Shown: piece after piece, positions 1 to 13,859 of the stretch
Numbering within the stretch: position 1 is the first letter of the stretch
Layout of the letters: each line of letters starts with the position of its first letter
DNA from: Eledone cirrhosa
Taxonomy: Eukaryota
Assembly (NCBI GenBank): GCA_964016885.1
Contig: OZ024742.1
Location: forward strand, 283,836,001-283,900,000
Length of the DNA stretch: 64,000 nucleotides
Direction of reading: 5' to 3'
Position numbers and translations under genes: made by a program
Notes under the pieces: generated by a model
Told to the model about the DNA's origin: nothing
Database searches by the model: none
What the model saw: the letters and a program-made list of their open reading frames with translations, nothing else

Positions 1-330
1 CTTCCAATAATTTTAAGACCCGGTGGTATGCCCATACACATTCTTTCAGAAGACCGGACAAATCAAATCAGACTACACTCGCCTCCCATGTCTGGGACCT
101 CAAAAGGAACTCCACCCCCTTCACGCTTACTGTAAATGGAAAATACTCCAGAAAGCGCGCTCATACAAGGGAGGAACAAGTGCTGCAACCTTTGAATCTA
201 AGAGAGCTACGAAATATTATTTGCCAAGGGTCCGCTACTGAAAAAAACTCTCTGAACATTGCCCGAATTGCATGCACAAAAACTTTGCAACTTTCAAATA
301 CCTTAAGCCAGTGTTAATGCCAGATGGCTA
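1..330 (+). mobile_element. Penelope-like element fragment (GIY-YIG endonuclease C-terminus), decayed
   Basis: Frame-shifted translation FKTRWYAHTHSFRRPDKSNQTTLASHVWDLK...KWKILQKARSY...CNL*I*E parallels the GIY-YIG C-termini at 7991-8572 and 50900-51300. Confidence 0.7.
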
Positions 331-499
331 AAAAAGATCCCCCCCTTTTTTTTCTTTTAAATCCCACTCGACAAAATACCTCCTCGACCTCCTTCCTACC
401 CTACACCTACCTCCTCTCGACCCGAATACGGCACTCTGGTCATATAAGTACTTCTTACCTATCTGCTCTTTCCGCATGTAGAGCGTACTTCATCTTAAT

Positions 500-659
500 A
501 CTGTATATATGTGTGTGTGTATTTGTGTATATTTATGAGTGTATGTATGTACATATTTGTATGAGTAGCCGTACGATTGTATGCGTATGTTTGTGTGTAC
601 GTGCGTTTATATGTATTTACGTATATGTGTATGTGTATATATGTATGTATATATATGTA

Positions 660-753
<94 letters not shown>

Positions 754-863
754 CGTGCGTGTGTATATGTATGTATATGTATATGTATATATATATGTAT
801 ATGTGTGTGTGTATGTGTGTGTATATATATATATATATATATGTGTGTATATATATGTATATG

Positions 864-938
<75 letters not shown>

Positions 939-1048
939 GTATGTGTGTCTATGTGTATATATGTGTATGTGTGTATATATATATATGTAGCTTATTATAT
1001 GAACAGAAAACAGAGAGGCAGTACAAAATGATATGCTTTTTAGTTTCA

Positions 1049-1112
<64 letters not shown>

Positions 1113-1423
1113 GTGTGTTTATATATGTGTGTATATATATATATATATGTGTGTTTATATATGTGTGTGTATGTGTGTATATGTATATGTATATGTATAT
1201 ATGTGTATATATATATATATATATGTGTATGTATGTATGTATATATGTGTGTATATATGTACACATATATATATGTATATATATATGTGTGTGTATATGT
1301 GTATATATATGTGTGTGTGTATGTGTATGTATGTTTATATATGTGCGTACGTGTGTGTATATGTATGTATATGTGTACGTTTGAATGTCTGTATGCGTGT
1401 GTATGCACGAGAGCGTGTGTGCG

Positions 1424-1450
<27 letters not shown>
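500..1450. repeat. Compound (TA)n/(TG)n microsatellite block
   Basis: Seen directly; source of the YI/CV-rich spurious ORFs. Confidence 0.95.
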
Positions 1451-1457
<7 letters not shown>

Positions 1458-1798
1458 GAATTGGTGCTCTGTAATAGCGATATATATATGAATGTATATA
1501 TAGTGTATTTTGCAATACACTGTATGCTTAATTAAAAGCATTTCGAAGACCTTATGCTATTGTTTTAGAGTAGTGACAGTCTCACTTACTTTAATTTTCA
1601 GCAAACAGGGGAGATAAAGCTGACAGAGCTCTGTTTCGCACTTCTTGGTGCTTATCAAATCTAACTACTCCTCCTGTTTGCTGAAAATCATGAATGTTTG
1701 ATTCTTATAGAATTCTAGTAATAATACAGTGTATTGCAAAATACACTATATATACATTCATATATATATCGCTATTTCAGAGCACCAATTCTAATTTT
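1451..1798 (-). mobile_element. Fold-back non-coding element (retrozyme-like) with decayed hammerhead
   Basis: ~74-bp inverted arms 1451-1524/1725-1798; minus strand TTGATAA-GCAC caagaa GTGC-GAAA-cagagctctg-TC at ~1617-1662; shares blocks with the 312-bp repeat at 27566. Confidence 0.65.
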
Positions 1799-1908
1799 CA
1801 ATTTCTTAGTATAATCCCAATTATACGTTTGGGGTGCTAACTATACGTATTTTGCGGATAGCCAGTTGTATTATTTTATATGAGACATAATTAAAATACA
1901 TTTCTCTT

Positions 1909-2030
1909 TCCAAACGATCGTTTCATTATAAGTTTTCTACAAATTGGGAAAATAATGTCCAGGTTATGTAGAAGCCTACACATAGTCCGTAGGAATATAT
2001 ATAGGTGGGCACTTATAAATCATCAGTGGA
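1909..2030 (-). ncRNA. Type I hammerhead ribozyme with enlarged, branched stem II
   Basis: Minus strand: tcca-CTGATGA-tTTATAAGT..(~77 nt)..ACTTATAAt-GAAA-cgatcg-TT-tgga. Confidence 0.7.
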
Positions 2031-2631
2031 TGCCCGACAAATATCGATATAAAAAAAAAACCTTACCGATATTAATGTTCAGCGATGGTACCCCTCTGTG
2101 CTAGAATGACCGCCAAATTTGAAATTCCAGCAGTCTCACAATGAGAAATCTCACACTGCCATCAAGCGGAAAGGGGAGGTCATCGCAAAACATAAAAGAA
2201 TAAAATAATATGCACGCGGGTTAATTAATTCTTTCAGTAATTTTAACCATGCGTGAAGAACTCAATTGGATATAAAAAAAATAAATATATGCATGTATTA
2301 TTTATACACGCACAAGGTATTTTCTTAGGCTAAAAACAGAGATAAGATACCGGAAGAACAATCAATATTTGATACAAAGAATAAATACGGAAAGTCATAC
2401 CTAAAAAGTATCTGGAAATATTCATCCCTGGCCAAATCAAGAGTATAATATTTAATACATTAACAGAGAAAGCTTTAAGCAATACCCCGACCGGCTTCCG
2501 TCTCACTCAACAAACATTAGGATATACCTTAGTATAATCCCAATTATACGTTTGGGGTGCTAACTATACGTATTTTGCGGATAGCCAGTTGTATTATTTT
2601 ATATGAAACATAATTAAAATACATCTCTCTT

Positions 2632-2753
2632 ACCAAACGATCGTTTCATTATAAGTTTTCTACAAATTGGGAAAATAATGTCCAGATTATGTAGAAGCCT
2701 ACACATAGTCAGTAGGAATATATGTAGGTGGGCACTTATAAATCATCAGTGGA
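2632..2753 (-). ncRNA. Second copy of the branched-stem-II hammerhead
   Basis: Same motif shifted by 723 bp. Confidence 0.68.
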
Positions 2754-3053
2754 TGCCCGGCAAATATCGATATAAAAAAAAACCTTACCGATATTAATGT
2801 TCAGCGATGGTACCCTTCCGTGCTAGAATGACCGCCAAATTTGAAATTCCAGCAGTCTCACAATGAGAAATCTCACACTGCCATCAAGCGGAAAGGGGAG
2901 GTCATCGCAAAACATAAAAGAATAAAATAATATGCACGCGGGTCAATTAATTCTTTCAATAATTTTAACCATGCGTGAAGAACTCAATTGGATATAAAAA
3001 AAAAATATATAACCAGCGATAAATATATAACCAGCGATGGTACCCCTCCGTGC

Positions 3054-3094
<41 letters not shown>

Positions 3095-3120
3095 GTATAT
3101 ATATGTATATATATATATAC

Positions 3121-3300
<180 letters not shown>

Positions 3301-3804
3301 TGGTAAACGGAATAGAAAATGCTGACAAATTGTTCACAGTGAAAAATAGTTTAATTAGGAATAAGTGAGAATTAGTAATAGTATTGGTTAGTATTCAGTT
3401 TTGGTTTTAAGTTTTACCGGTTGCGCATTTCTAATGCTTTTCAAAAATAATTTTGAGATAGAGCGTCCGTGATGTTTGCTCTGATCTGATTAGTTTTGGG
3501 AATTCTACCTGTTTTTATGTTAAAAAAGTGGCTCCAGCGGTATTAAAATAAGTTTTGCGCCAATTCGTGTTGCAAAAATTCTTGTGGTCAAAACAATTTT
3601 GATTGGTCGGTAGAGGTCATGTGAATGTAAAAAAATTGATTTTGCGCCAAATGTAGGTTTGTGTCGGCTGACTGAGAAATAAGTCTTTCACAACAAATAT
3701 GTGTGTGTGTGTAGTAGTAGTAAAGAGGTTCGTTGTTGTGATAATGGACAGCAGGGATGTGTGTGCGAACCGCAGCCTGTTGACAGTTCAAATGCCTATT
3801 AAGA

Positions 3805-3857
<53 letters not shown>

Positions 3858-4231
3858 CAGAGTAATTCGTGGTAGAGGGATGGTCAGTAGGAAGGTGTCT
3901 GTAAGTGTGTGGGGGATATTTTAACATGTTAAAAGATATTTTTCAGCTCTTGTCTTATACGGAGAAGTGTGTGTGTGTGTGTGTGTATATGTCTCTTTGT
4001 ATGTTAATGTACGCGTGTGTATGTGTGTGTGTATATGTGTGTGCGTGTGTGAGAATGTGTGTGTGTGGGGGGGGGGGGGGGGCAGTATTTTTTTCTGGTA
4101 AAATGGTGTACATTATTCGATATTTTCAGTAAAATCGATTCTCTCAATAGAACATCAAAAACCTTAATAATAAAAGGTGTGAAATGATATATAGTATTGG
4201 CATAATACCAAGGTGTGTGTGAGTGTGTGTG

Positions 4232-4508
4232 TGTGTCCAGATTGTACGTACTGCAAGGGGGATCCATTAAGCCTTGCCGTATTGGAATACCTGTGCACAA
4301 ATATGTATCTGGAGTGTGTCCAGAAATTGTATAATACCTGTGCACAAATTGTATACTTGTGCACAAATTGTACACATGTATCTGGAGTGTGTCCAGAAAT
4401 TGTATACCTGTGTACAAATATGTATCTGGAGTGTGTCCAGATTGTACGTACTGCAAGGGGAATTCATTAGGCTTTGCCGTATTGGAATACCTGTGCACAA
4501 ATATGTAT
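4232..4508. repeat. Complex minisatellite (tgtatctggagtgtgtccaga / tacctgtgcacaaat units)
   Basis: Repeated motifs seen directly. Confidence 0.8.
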
Positions 4509-4719
4509 GTGCCCATCAGTGTGCAATGCATGTGTGCGTTTATGTATGTGTGTGTGTCGGCACGTTTATATCTATAGACATCAAAAGGTATGCAAATTTG
4601 TGTATATTTGTGTTGCACCATAGAACGTATGGTGTTTACGTATGTCATTGTGTTTATATGTGGGTAGAGATGTGTGCTGGTGTAGGTATGTATGTTGACG
4701 TGTGTATGTTGTGGGTTCG

Positions 4720-5376
4720 TCTTAGGCAGAAGTGTTTAGACGGGGTCCGTATTTGTTAATAAAGTAAGATTCCTTGCTGATGCACTGGGTGTGGGTGGCA
4801 TTAGCTTTAAATTTATAGAGGGGAAAGATTCTGAAGTTGGGATGATTTTGGGCGGCACAGGAATCAATGTGTTCACTCAGTGGTATTTTCCTGTATTCCC
4901 GTATTTTAATTTGGTATCTATGGACAGTCATGCGTTGGCGGAGGCTGTTTTTGGTCTGGCCTATGTATTGTTCTCGACAACCTGAGCAAGTTAATACATA
5001 TATTAGATTTTCTGATGCGCATGTGAAATTGTGTTTTACTATAAAACGTTGTTCTTCTTTGAAATAGAATTCCGAACCCTCTATTAGGTTGATGCAAATG
5101 CCACAGTTGGGTCTATCGCATTTTTTTTACCGTGGGTTTCGTTGTTGTGGTTGGCAGTACTTTGGCATGTGTTAGGATGTTTATCATTGACTTAGATTGT
5201 CTTTTGCTCTTTATGATATCGTGTGTTCGTAGGATTTGGTTCATTCTATGGTCCTTTTTTAACACAGGGATGTTCTGGAGGATGGTGTCAAAGGCCTCAT
5301 TGTTGAGGGGGTTGTGTGTGGAGATGTCTGGAAGAGCTTTTAGTTTCGGTTGATTTACTTTAGGGTGTCTAAGGTA
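4720..5376 (-). mobile_element. Penelope-like element fragment (linker + GIY-YIG)
   Basis: STHNPLNNEAFDTILQNIPVLKKD...IKSKRQSKSM; VHRYQIKIREYRKIPLSEHIDSC...KESYFINKYGPRLN. Confidence 0.7.
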
Positions 5377-7978
5377 CTGGGCAGAGTGCCGAGCGGCAGA
5401 GGCGAAAAGTGGCAACAAGTCCACGATTCGGTCTTTGAAAGACCAAAACGGACGCATTCTACTCGACTCCAAGCGGATGTGCACGGCCTTTCAGCGGCAC
5501 TTTGCTCAACTGTTCGAGCAGAGCGACGGTGCGCCGAACGGAGTAATGGACTTCGGTTCATATCTTAACGGCCTGCCGCGTCTCTCGAGCATGGACGCCG
5601 AATTCTGCGAAAGACTGATCACAGCCACTGAGATACGGGATGCTCTGGGCCGCTGCGGGAAACGCAAATCACCCGGTCTAGATGGTCTACCCTATGAGTT
5701 TTACATAAGCATGCCGGACTTGTTCTCTGGCGTCCTCGAAGCCGTCTACTCCAATTGGCAGCAGAACGGGAGAATTCCCAGTTCTGGAGGCAAGGGCGTA
5801 GTAACGCTGATCAGGAAAGACGAGAACAAAGGGGACGAACTAAGCAACTTTAGGCCCATAACTCTGCTCAACACAGAGTTAAATATTTTGGCCAATGTGG
5901 TGGTAATGAGGTTGGCGCTTGTCGTCGAGAACCTGGTAGGGAAAGCGCAAACGTGTACAAGGCTCACCAGGTCCACACATGACAACCTCCACCTCATGCG
6001 ATACCTCATAGAGAGGGTGGGGTGTAAACCCGGCTTCGGTGGGGCTCTGATAAATTTAGATCAGTCTAAGGCATTCGATAGGCTCGACCATCGATACTTG
6101 GAAGCGGTTCTCAAGGCGGCCGGTTTCGGACCCGCCTTCAGAGGATGGATCGCTGCAATGCACACCAACATCTGCTGAACGGTCGAGATGAACGGCTACC
6201 TATCGGAGCCGTTCGCAATCAAGCGTTCCATCCGACAGGGATGCCCTCTCTCCTCCATTCTGTACGTGCTGACTCTGGAGCCAATACTGCGGAAGTTGGA
6301 GTTGCTGCAGGGCATCCTGTTGGAACCGGGACTGCGGAAAGCGGCGTCGGCTTATGCCGACGATGTGATAGTAATGGTGTCGGAAACCTCGGAAATCGGG
6401 GTGATCGGCAACTTACTGCAGGAATACGAAAGGCTCACAAGAGCAAAACTGAACCCGGACAAGTCTGACGGTTTGCAACTCGGAACGTGGAGAGGCAAAC
6501 CGATGCCGTCCGACAGCGTCGTCGGATGCTGGACGGACGGACCGGTGAAATTGCTCGGGGTCTGGTTCGGTCCGGACCTCCAGGTGGAGAAAAACTGGAA
6601 CGAGGTCACGACCAAGGTATTTGCGCTCACCTAGAAGTGGGCAGAGTGCAAACTATCCTTGAAAGGTCGAGCGGAGGTGGCGAACACTTTCATAGCGTCC
6701 GTCATCTACTACCGCTTGACCGTCGTACCTTATCCCCGCGAACACCTCACCAAGATGGAACGCATGCTCTTCCAGTTCCTTTGGAAGAAGCAGGCTCCAC
6801 TGGTGAGGAGATCCGTCTTCTGTCAGCATCCTTCCAATGGAGAGTTGAGAATACTGTGGCTGATGATGCGCAAACATGCGCTGAGGCTACGGCATCTCCA
6901 GGTATTCCTCACCAACCAACCGGTGTGGGCACCGTTTGTGAGACAGGCTTTCCCGCAACTTGTGTCGCTGGCGGAGCTGCAGTCCTGGGTAAAGCGGAGA
7001 CCGAAGAAGATGGGTGCCTGGCACATTGAATGCGCTCAGACGCTCACACTCCTCTGTTAAGCGGACACAGCAATCAGTGGAGACGCCACTTCGACATTCT
7101 ATAGAGGGTTAGTACGTCACAAGGACGACGACGTACTCGGAGAGACTCTGGGCGTCGAAGACGACGAACTCACCAGTCTGTTTGGTAGGACTTTCCGCCC
7201 GGGACCTATGGACAACTTCCAGAGGTCCCTGGCCTGGCAGTGCTACCGAGGGCCTCTACGAGTTCGAGACAAAATCTACAGGCACGGACGCCCCGGCAGG
7301 GATCCTTCCAAGAGGACGTGTCGAAGATGCGAGCAGGACATTGAAACCGTCTTGTATGCAATTGTACACTGCCCGGGCGTAACTGACCTGTGGATCTACG
7401 CAGAACAGCTGCTGTCGCGTATGGGACAAATCCAGTTGACTGCCGAGTCCATAGTAAGGATCAAACCGCCAACTTCTTTCAAAAATGAAAGAGAGGCGGT
7501 TTTCCTCTGTATAGTGGTTATGGTGAAAGAGGTTATATGGTGGACGAGATTGAGAGGACTGAGGACAGATGCCTTTCTCTCCGGACAACAACTCATTCCC
7601 TTCTTTAGGTACCACTTTAGAAGGAGAATCAGAGTGGAGAGGAGGCACTGCACCCCAGTAAATTTACTGAAAGGTGGGTGAATGTAGCAAAAATGGCCCG
7701 AGTGATTGGGCCTTCTCTGTATATAAACCTGTAGGGTGAAGAAGAGAGCAAAAGGAAAAAAGGAGCACTTGCACAATACGCTCCTGAAGTTGAGGGCTGT
7801 TCTATCGACGGGGTATTAAACAACCCATTTGTGGCGCCCCCCCCCTCAATTGGGGATTTCGATTGTTAAATTTGTTTGTTTCAATATTTTTACACGACTG
7901 TATGTAAAATCCCCGGCATGTGTCCTTGTTTTGTCCCCCTTTCTTGTGCGCACTTGTGGCAAATAAAGAAATATATCT
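5377..7978 (+). mobile_element. 5'-truncated Tx1/L1-clade LINE, ORF2 reverse transcriptase, disrupted
   Basis: KSPGLDGLPYEFY, NFRPITLLN, LDQSKAFDR, RQGCPLS, AYADD, C-terminal CxxC...HC; ends AATAAAgaaatatatct like the copies at 53-64 kb. Confidence 0.92.
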
Positions 7979-10060
7979 TACTCTACTATTATGAACATAG
8001 CGCAAAATATTAATAGAATTAATAATAGAAACTTAAATTTAAACCCAACCCAAATAAACCAAAATAACAATATTAATATTACTAATAACAGTATTAATAC
8101 TAATAATAATCGCACCGTTCCTATATACAACAACACTAGAACATGTAACTGTAGAAACGAATTAAATTGCCCTTTACAGAATAATTGTCTCGATAAAATC
8201 TTAATGTATAAATGCATAGTAAAAACTAGAGATAAAATATATAACTATATAGGAGTCACTTCTACAAAATTTAAGGAACGCTGGTATAATCACAAACATA
8301 CATTTAATAGATCAGACAAAAGATTTTCTACATCACTTTCACATCTAATTTGGTACTTAAAAGACAATAATATCGACTATTCAATCTCTTGGGGAACGAT
8401 TTCGAAAGCCCTCGCATACCGAAATATGGCTCACTCAAGAATTTGTCATTTGTGTATTGAGGAAATATTTCATATACTTACCAATCAAAACTCTATAAAT
8501 AACAAGAAAGAATTATTTAACTCTTGCAAACATCGGCAATCTAAGACGTTCAGAAGTATCTATAATCTATAGAAAATATTATCTATATCTCACTTGTTTA
8601 CATTTTATATGTCTTCACTATGTTTTGTTGATGTCTTGTGATGTTTTTTAAAAATGATATTTTTCTTTTTAAATGATATTTGTTTTTAAATGATATCTCT
8701 TTTAAATGACCTTTTTAAATGATATTTTGAAATATATCTTTTTTGTGATGGTTTTAACGGTGTTTCTGTATATACTTTTGATGTCTGTAATATTTCTGCT
8801 TAATATCATTACCATAAGCATAGATATAAGGAATACTATCTAAATACATATATAAAAGAATTTTTATCTTAGAAAATATGTAATATATGATACTATAAAA
8901 TCATATATAAAATAATATATAAATTTTTTTTTACATATATTTTTTACATATATTTTACATATATCTTAATTAGAATATTTTTAAAAAGTAAATTCTAGAA
9001 TAAACGATAAATATAACTATTTTAACTAAGAAATATTGGAGTTATCTTTTCCTTTATAATGAAACACGCTTACGCATTGCTTTTAAGTAACAACTAAACT
9101 TTACATAAATATTACATTTGTTTGGTATAATTTCGTTAACTTCGTAAATTTTGTTAATGTATTCCTATCTTGATGCAACTATTGAATGTACAAAATAATC
9201 TTCTATAATAAAATAGAACTACTTCCTTTTTCTTAAATATATATTGAAAATGTAAACAAGAAATTCATCGTAACTATTCACATATAAAAAATATAAAAAA
9301 AAAATATTTAAATTATCTATCTATTAATAAAAACAACATATATACTCACCAAAATTATTTATATAAATATTTATATAAATAACCTGTTGTAATACAATAA
9401 AATAAAATATACTTACAACCCTAATTCTTCATAAAATATAATTATAAATATTATCTCTATAATATTAAAACTCACTATTGGAATAGATCCAATAATTAGT
9501 AGTATCTCTCATTTTTAAAAATTGGTATTCTACCACTTCAACACATTTATAATTCTCATATTATATTATAAATACTACCAAAATATATAATTATATAATT
9601 AAATAAAAAATTATAATTATTTCACTGACTCTTTACACCATCACTAATACGATCCATACAATTATATATTAATAATAATAGTCTATTTCTAACTATAATA
9701 TACTTTTTTCTTATATTCTTTCCTTAAATTTTCTTACAACCTAATATTAATATTAACCTCTCTCTCTTCTTCCCTTAAAAAATAACAGTAATAATTATTT
9801 AAATTTACCTAGCGTCTAAATATAACGATCTTTTTCAACTTTACGTTATCCTCATTAACATATTCATCCTAAGTTTTGAATTTATTTCACTATTCAAGCA
9901 CAACTTAAAACGATAAGTTCTTGTTTTTGGATATGTCACTATTTATAAAACAACTTTTGTATTTTATCTGATGAAGGCGTACCAAAAATGTTGGTACCCT
10001 TGAAATATATATAATAAAATAAATATGGTTTTATAAAGATAGTTTCCTTTTATTAATATT
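7979..10060 (+). mobile_element. Penelope-like (probably Naiad-type) element 3' part: GIY-YIG ORF 7991-8572, long AT-rich 3' UTR, terminal hammerhead
   Basis: CNCRNELNCPLQNNC zinc finger, MYKC...YIGVT...FKERWYNH, CHLCIEE; 3' end homologous to 16900-17190. Confidence 0.85.
9961..10020 (+). ncRNA. Minimal type I hammerhead ribozyme (PLE pLTR)
   Basis: attttat-CTGATGA-aggcgtacca..tggtaccctt-GAAA-tatata-TA-ataaaat; 7-bp stem I, palindromic stem III. Confidence 0.85.
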
Positions 10061-10247
10061 GGGCGGTGGATTGGCAGTATCGGTAGAAGGTCGGACGCCA
10101 TGCTTTCCAGCATAGTTACGTCCCTTTACGATCTGAGTTCAAATCCCGCCGAGGTTTACTTTGCCTTTCATCCTTACGGGGTCGATAAAATAAAGTACCA
10201 GTAATGTACTGGGATAATTGCTGGCCTTGTGCCAAAAGTAGAAACAA

Positions 10248-10249
<2 letters not shown>
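10061..10249 (+). mobile_element. tRNA-derived SINE (MetaSINE-like central domain)
   Basis: tggcagtatcggtag (A box), gagttcaaatccc (B box), gcctttcatccttacggggtcgataaaataaagtacca core; related copies at ~25955, ~53180, ~57239. Confidence 0.8.
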
Positions 10250-10285
<36 letters not shown>

Positions 10286-10345
10286 TCCTTTTATTAATAT
10301 TATATATAGATATATATATATATATATATAGATAGTTTCCTTTTA

Positions 10346-10377
<32 letters not shown>

Positions 10378-10759
10378 GATCAAGTCCATTTCAACGACCG
10401 ATGACCATGGAGCTCTGTGTCTTTCGTTTGTATATTGAAAAAAAATTTGTTTAGGTTTCCCCTTAAAAAATTGTTTTTCGTTTTGTTTTGTTTCCGTTCG
10501 TTGTCTTGTCCTTTGTTAATTTTCTTAAGTTTATTTACTAATGTGACGAACGTGCTTATTTCCGTTCGTTCTCATGTCTTTGTTAATTTTCTTAAGTTTA
10601 TATATATACGGTGCGTCACGTTCACTTCAAAAATATCTTTTAAAATCATGTTAACTTCAAAATAACTTTCAAATAATTAAAATATACACAGACATGTATA
10701 TAATATAAAATGAAAGTGGAATAAATTACACAAATATCAAAGTTATGTTCAAATCATTT

Positions 10760-10811
10760 AATCGCTGACAATTGTTTCTTCCAAACTTTAGTTTGGTGTC
10801 ATCGGAGCATT
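10760..10811 (-). ncRNA. Hammerhead motif with one core substitution
   Basis: Minus strand: gct-CCGATGA-caCCAAAC taaa GTTTGGaa-GAAA-caattg-TC-agc. Confidence 0.6.
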
Positions 10812-11082
10812 ATCACCTGATGTTCTTACATTGAGCTATTTCTCTTACTGGTAATAAGGTAGTAATAAATTACTGACCTTTCCTGTTTATAGTTGTTTAT
10901 AGTATAGTATATACATAACTATAAATAGTATCATTATATATATATATATATACGTAGGTCCCGGGTTGAGTCGGGGATAACCACAGTAAGTAAGGTACTC
11001 AATACATGGCAGAGTAAAATTTTTTTATTTTATAGAAGGAGCTTCTACAGGACTAGTACTGTTTCATTCAGAATATATATGC

Positions 11083-12113
11083 CCGCCACTTTGGCTCCCC
11101 TGGACATTCCGCCCACCACCTCACAGTCTGTGGCCGGATCCAATGCCATGGAACATCCGCCACCCGCCTCACGGTCGAACAACACGCCATCTTCACCCTA
11201 CAGACCCACACACACACCCGGCCTGAACTGCCCACCCCTATTCCTTTAGCCTTCGACCGCCCACCTTCCCCCCACACATCCCCCACTAACACCACTAACA
11301 CACTCCTCCATTTTACCCCCCTTGGCCACAACTAATAATACCGCATTCAACCCTTTCCCCACCACCAGTAATTCTAACACCCTCTACCACACACACACAC
11401 ATCCAAACACGCACACACACACCAGTACACGACACTCCCTCTCCCGTCTCCAACACCTTTTCTCTCCCTCTCCCTCTCCCCGCTCCACCTACACCCCTTC
11501 ATACACACACATCCCTCTAACACCTCCACTAATATACACCCCATCCCCTCACACCACTACCTTCTCCCTCCACCTTTCACACTTACCTATCCTCTCCCCT
11601 GTCCACCACACCTCCGCACACACAGACACACAGTCCACACCACATACATACCCTTTCTTCACCTGTCATCCTCCTCCACTGCTATCTCTTCACCCTGCCT
11701 TGACCCTCTGACACCTCCCTGTTGCGCACGCACCCCACATCTCTCCACTTCCGCATTACCACAAATGGATTCCACACCACCGGTCATCGTTCCAGCTATC
11801 CACTCTATAACATGAGAAATATCCAACATCTTATCGCACACTCCACCGAACTACTTTAGGAACTTACCCACAAACAAACACTCACATTTTTTTCCAACCA
11901 CGCCACCTACATCCACACCATGTATAAACAGAAACACACACGTGCGTATCCCCACATATACACACTCAGCCTCCGGAATCCACACGCACCCCTCCCCCGC
12001 CCCTCTGACCCCTCTCCATCCACACGCACGCACAACTGACTTACACCCCACCCCATGTACATACCGGTTCCCCTTTACCTGAACATGGAACCTCGTTCTT
12101 CCCCCAACTCTCA

Positions 12114-12186
<73 letters not shown>

Positions 12187-12530
12187 ACACATACACACAT
12201 ACACAAACACCACCTTCAGTCCTCTCCGCTCGGATCCCCCGCCTCCCTCTCCCAACTCCACCCGCCATCACCCCTACACGCCTCACACCCTTCCACCACT
12301 TGTTTATTTTTATATTTATTTTTATTTTTATTTGTACTTCTACAAAAATCGTCCCCCCTTTTTAAATGTCTTTCCACCACTCCTCCACACACCCTCGGAA
12401 CTCTCTTCCTACCCACTCTTCTCCTGATGAAGGGCTTATGCCCGAAACGCCCCCCCCCCCCACTCTCAAAAGCGTGAACCTAATAAACTACTATTTGTAC
12501 TGCCTCTCTGTTTTTGTTCCTGTCCAATAT
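11083..12530 (+). mobile_element. Penelope-like (Neptune-like) 3' fragment: GIY-YIG C-terminus, C/A-rich 3' UTR, hammerhead remnant
   Basis: RHFGSPGHSAHHLTVCG...RLTVEQHAIFTLQTH..GLN; CTGATGA-aGGGC ttat GCCC-GAAAcg at 12424-12449. Confidence 0.72.
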
Positions 12531-12559
12531 TTAACTATATTCTAGAGCGGGTAAAATTC

Positions 12560-12790
12560 CCGAGATCCATGGACGAGTTCTCTCCAGCGATCTCTGTCCC
12601 TCCACTTCACCACCACTATCTCCACCACCCACGTCCACTTCTTGGACATCTCCATCGCCATCGACCCCTCTCACCGCTCTCTTGTCACCTTCTTCAAACT
12701 CACCGACTCCCACTCATACCTCGACTTCACCTCCTCCCACCATTCCAGCCACCCCACCCCCTTGGTTCACCCCACAACTAATAATACTAA
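12560..12790 (+). mobile_element. Penelope-like RT thumb fragment
   Basis: LHFTTTISTTHVHFLDISI...FFKLTDSHSYLDFTSSH matches the PLE FT..FLD..KPTD.HSYL...SSH motif. Confidence 0.7.
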
Positions 12791-12825
12791 CAACCCCTCC
12801 CCCTATCACACACGCACACACACCA

Positions 12826-13637
<812 letters not shown>

Positions 13638-13859
13638 CAATTGTTTGGAAAGAGAGATGTATTTTAACTTTAATTATATCTCATAAAATAATACAACTGG
13701 TTTTTCCACATTATACATATTGTTAGCACCCCAAACACTTAAATTGGGTTTATATTTAAATATAGCCTAATGTTTCTTGAGTGAGATGGATACCAGTCAG
13801 AGTTTAGCTTTAAACTATCTCTGTTATTGTATTAAATATTTATATATATATATATTTAT

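Larger units (their letters stand above)
1805..3055 (-). repeat. 723-bp direct tandem duplication (~1.65 units), one hammerhead per unit
   Basis: cttagtataatcccaattatacg at 1805 and 2528; a diverged partial copy lies on the opposite strand at ~13634-13840. Confidence 0.85.

Noticed and set aside
324-1535. Long ORFs rich in YI/CV/HT repeats (also at 2943-3368, 23216-23512, 39990-40512, 45590-48199)
   Set aside because: Translations of (TA)n, (TG)n and (CA)n microsatellites, which lack stop codons; not genes.
4232-4508. Repeat with variable intervening sequence resembling a CRISPR array
   Set aside because: The intervening segments are themselves repeats, the context is eukaryotic and there are no cas genes.
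10061-10150. tRNA gene suggested by A/B boxes
   Set aside because: No cloverleaf; it is the head of a multi-copy SINE.
11040-11072. Minus-strand GAAA-cagtactag-TC half hammerhead
   Set aside because: The CTGANGA half is missing, apparently truncated by the adjacent PLE fragment; not called as a ribozyme.
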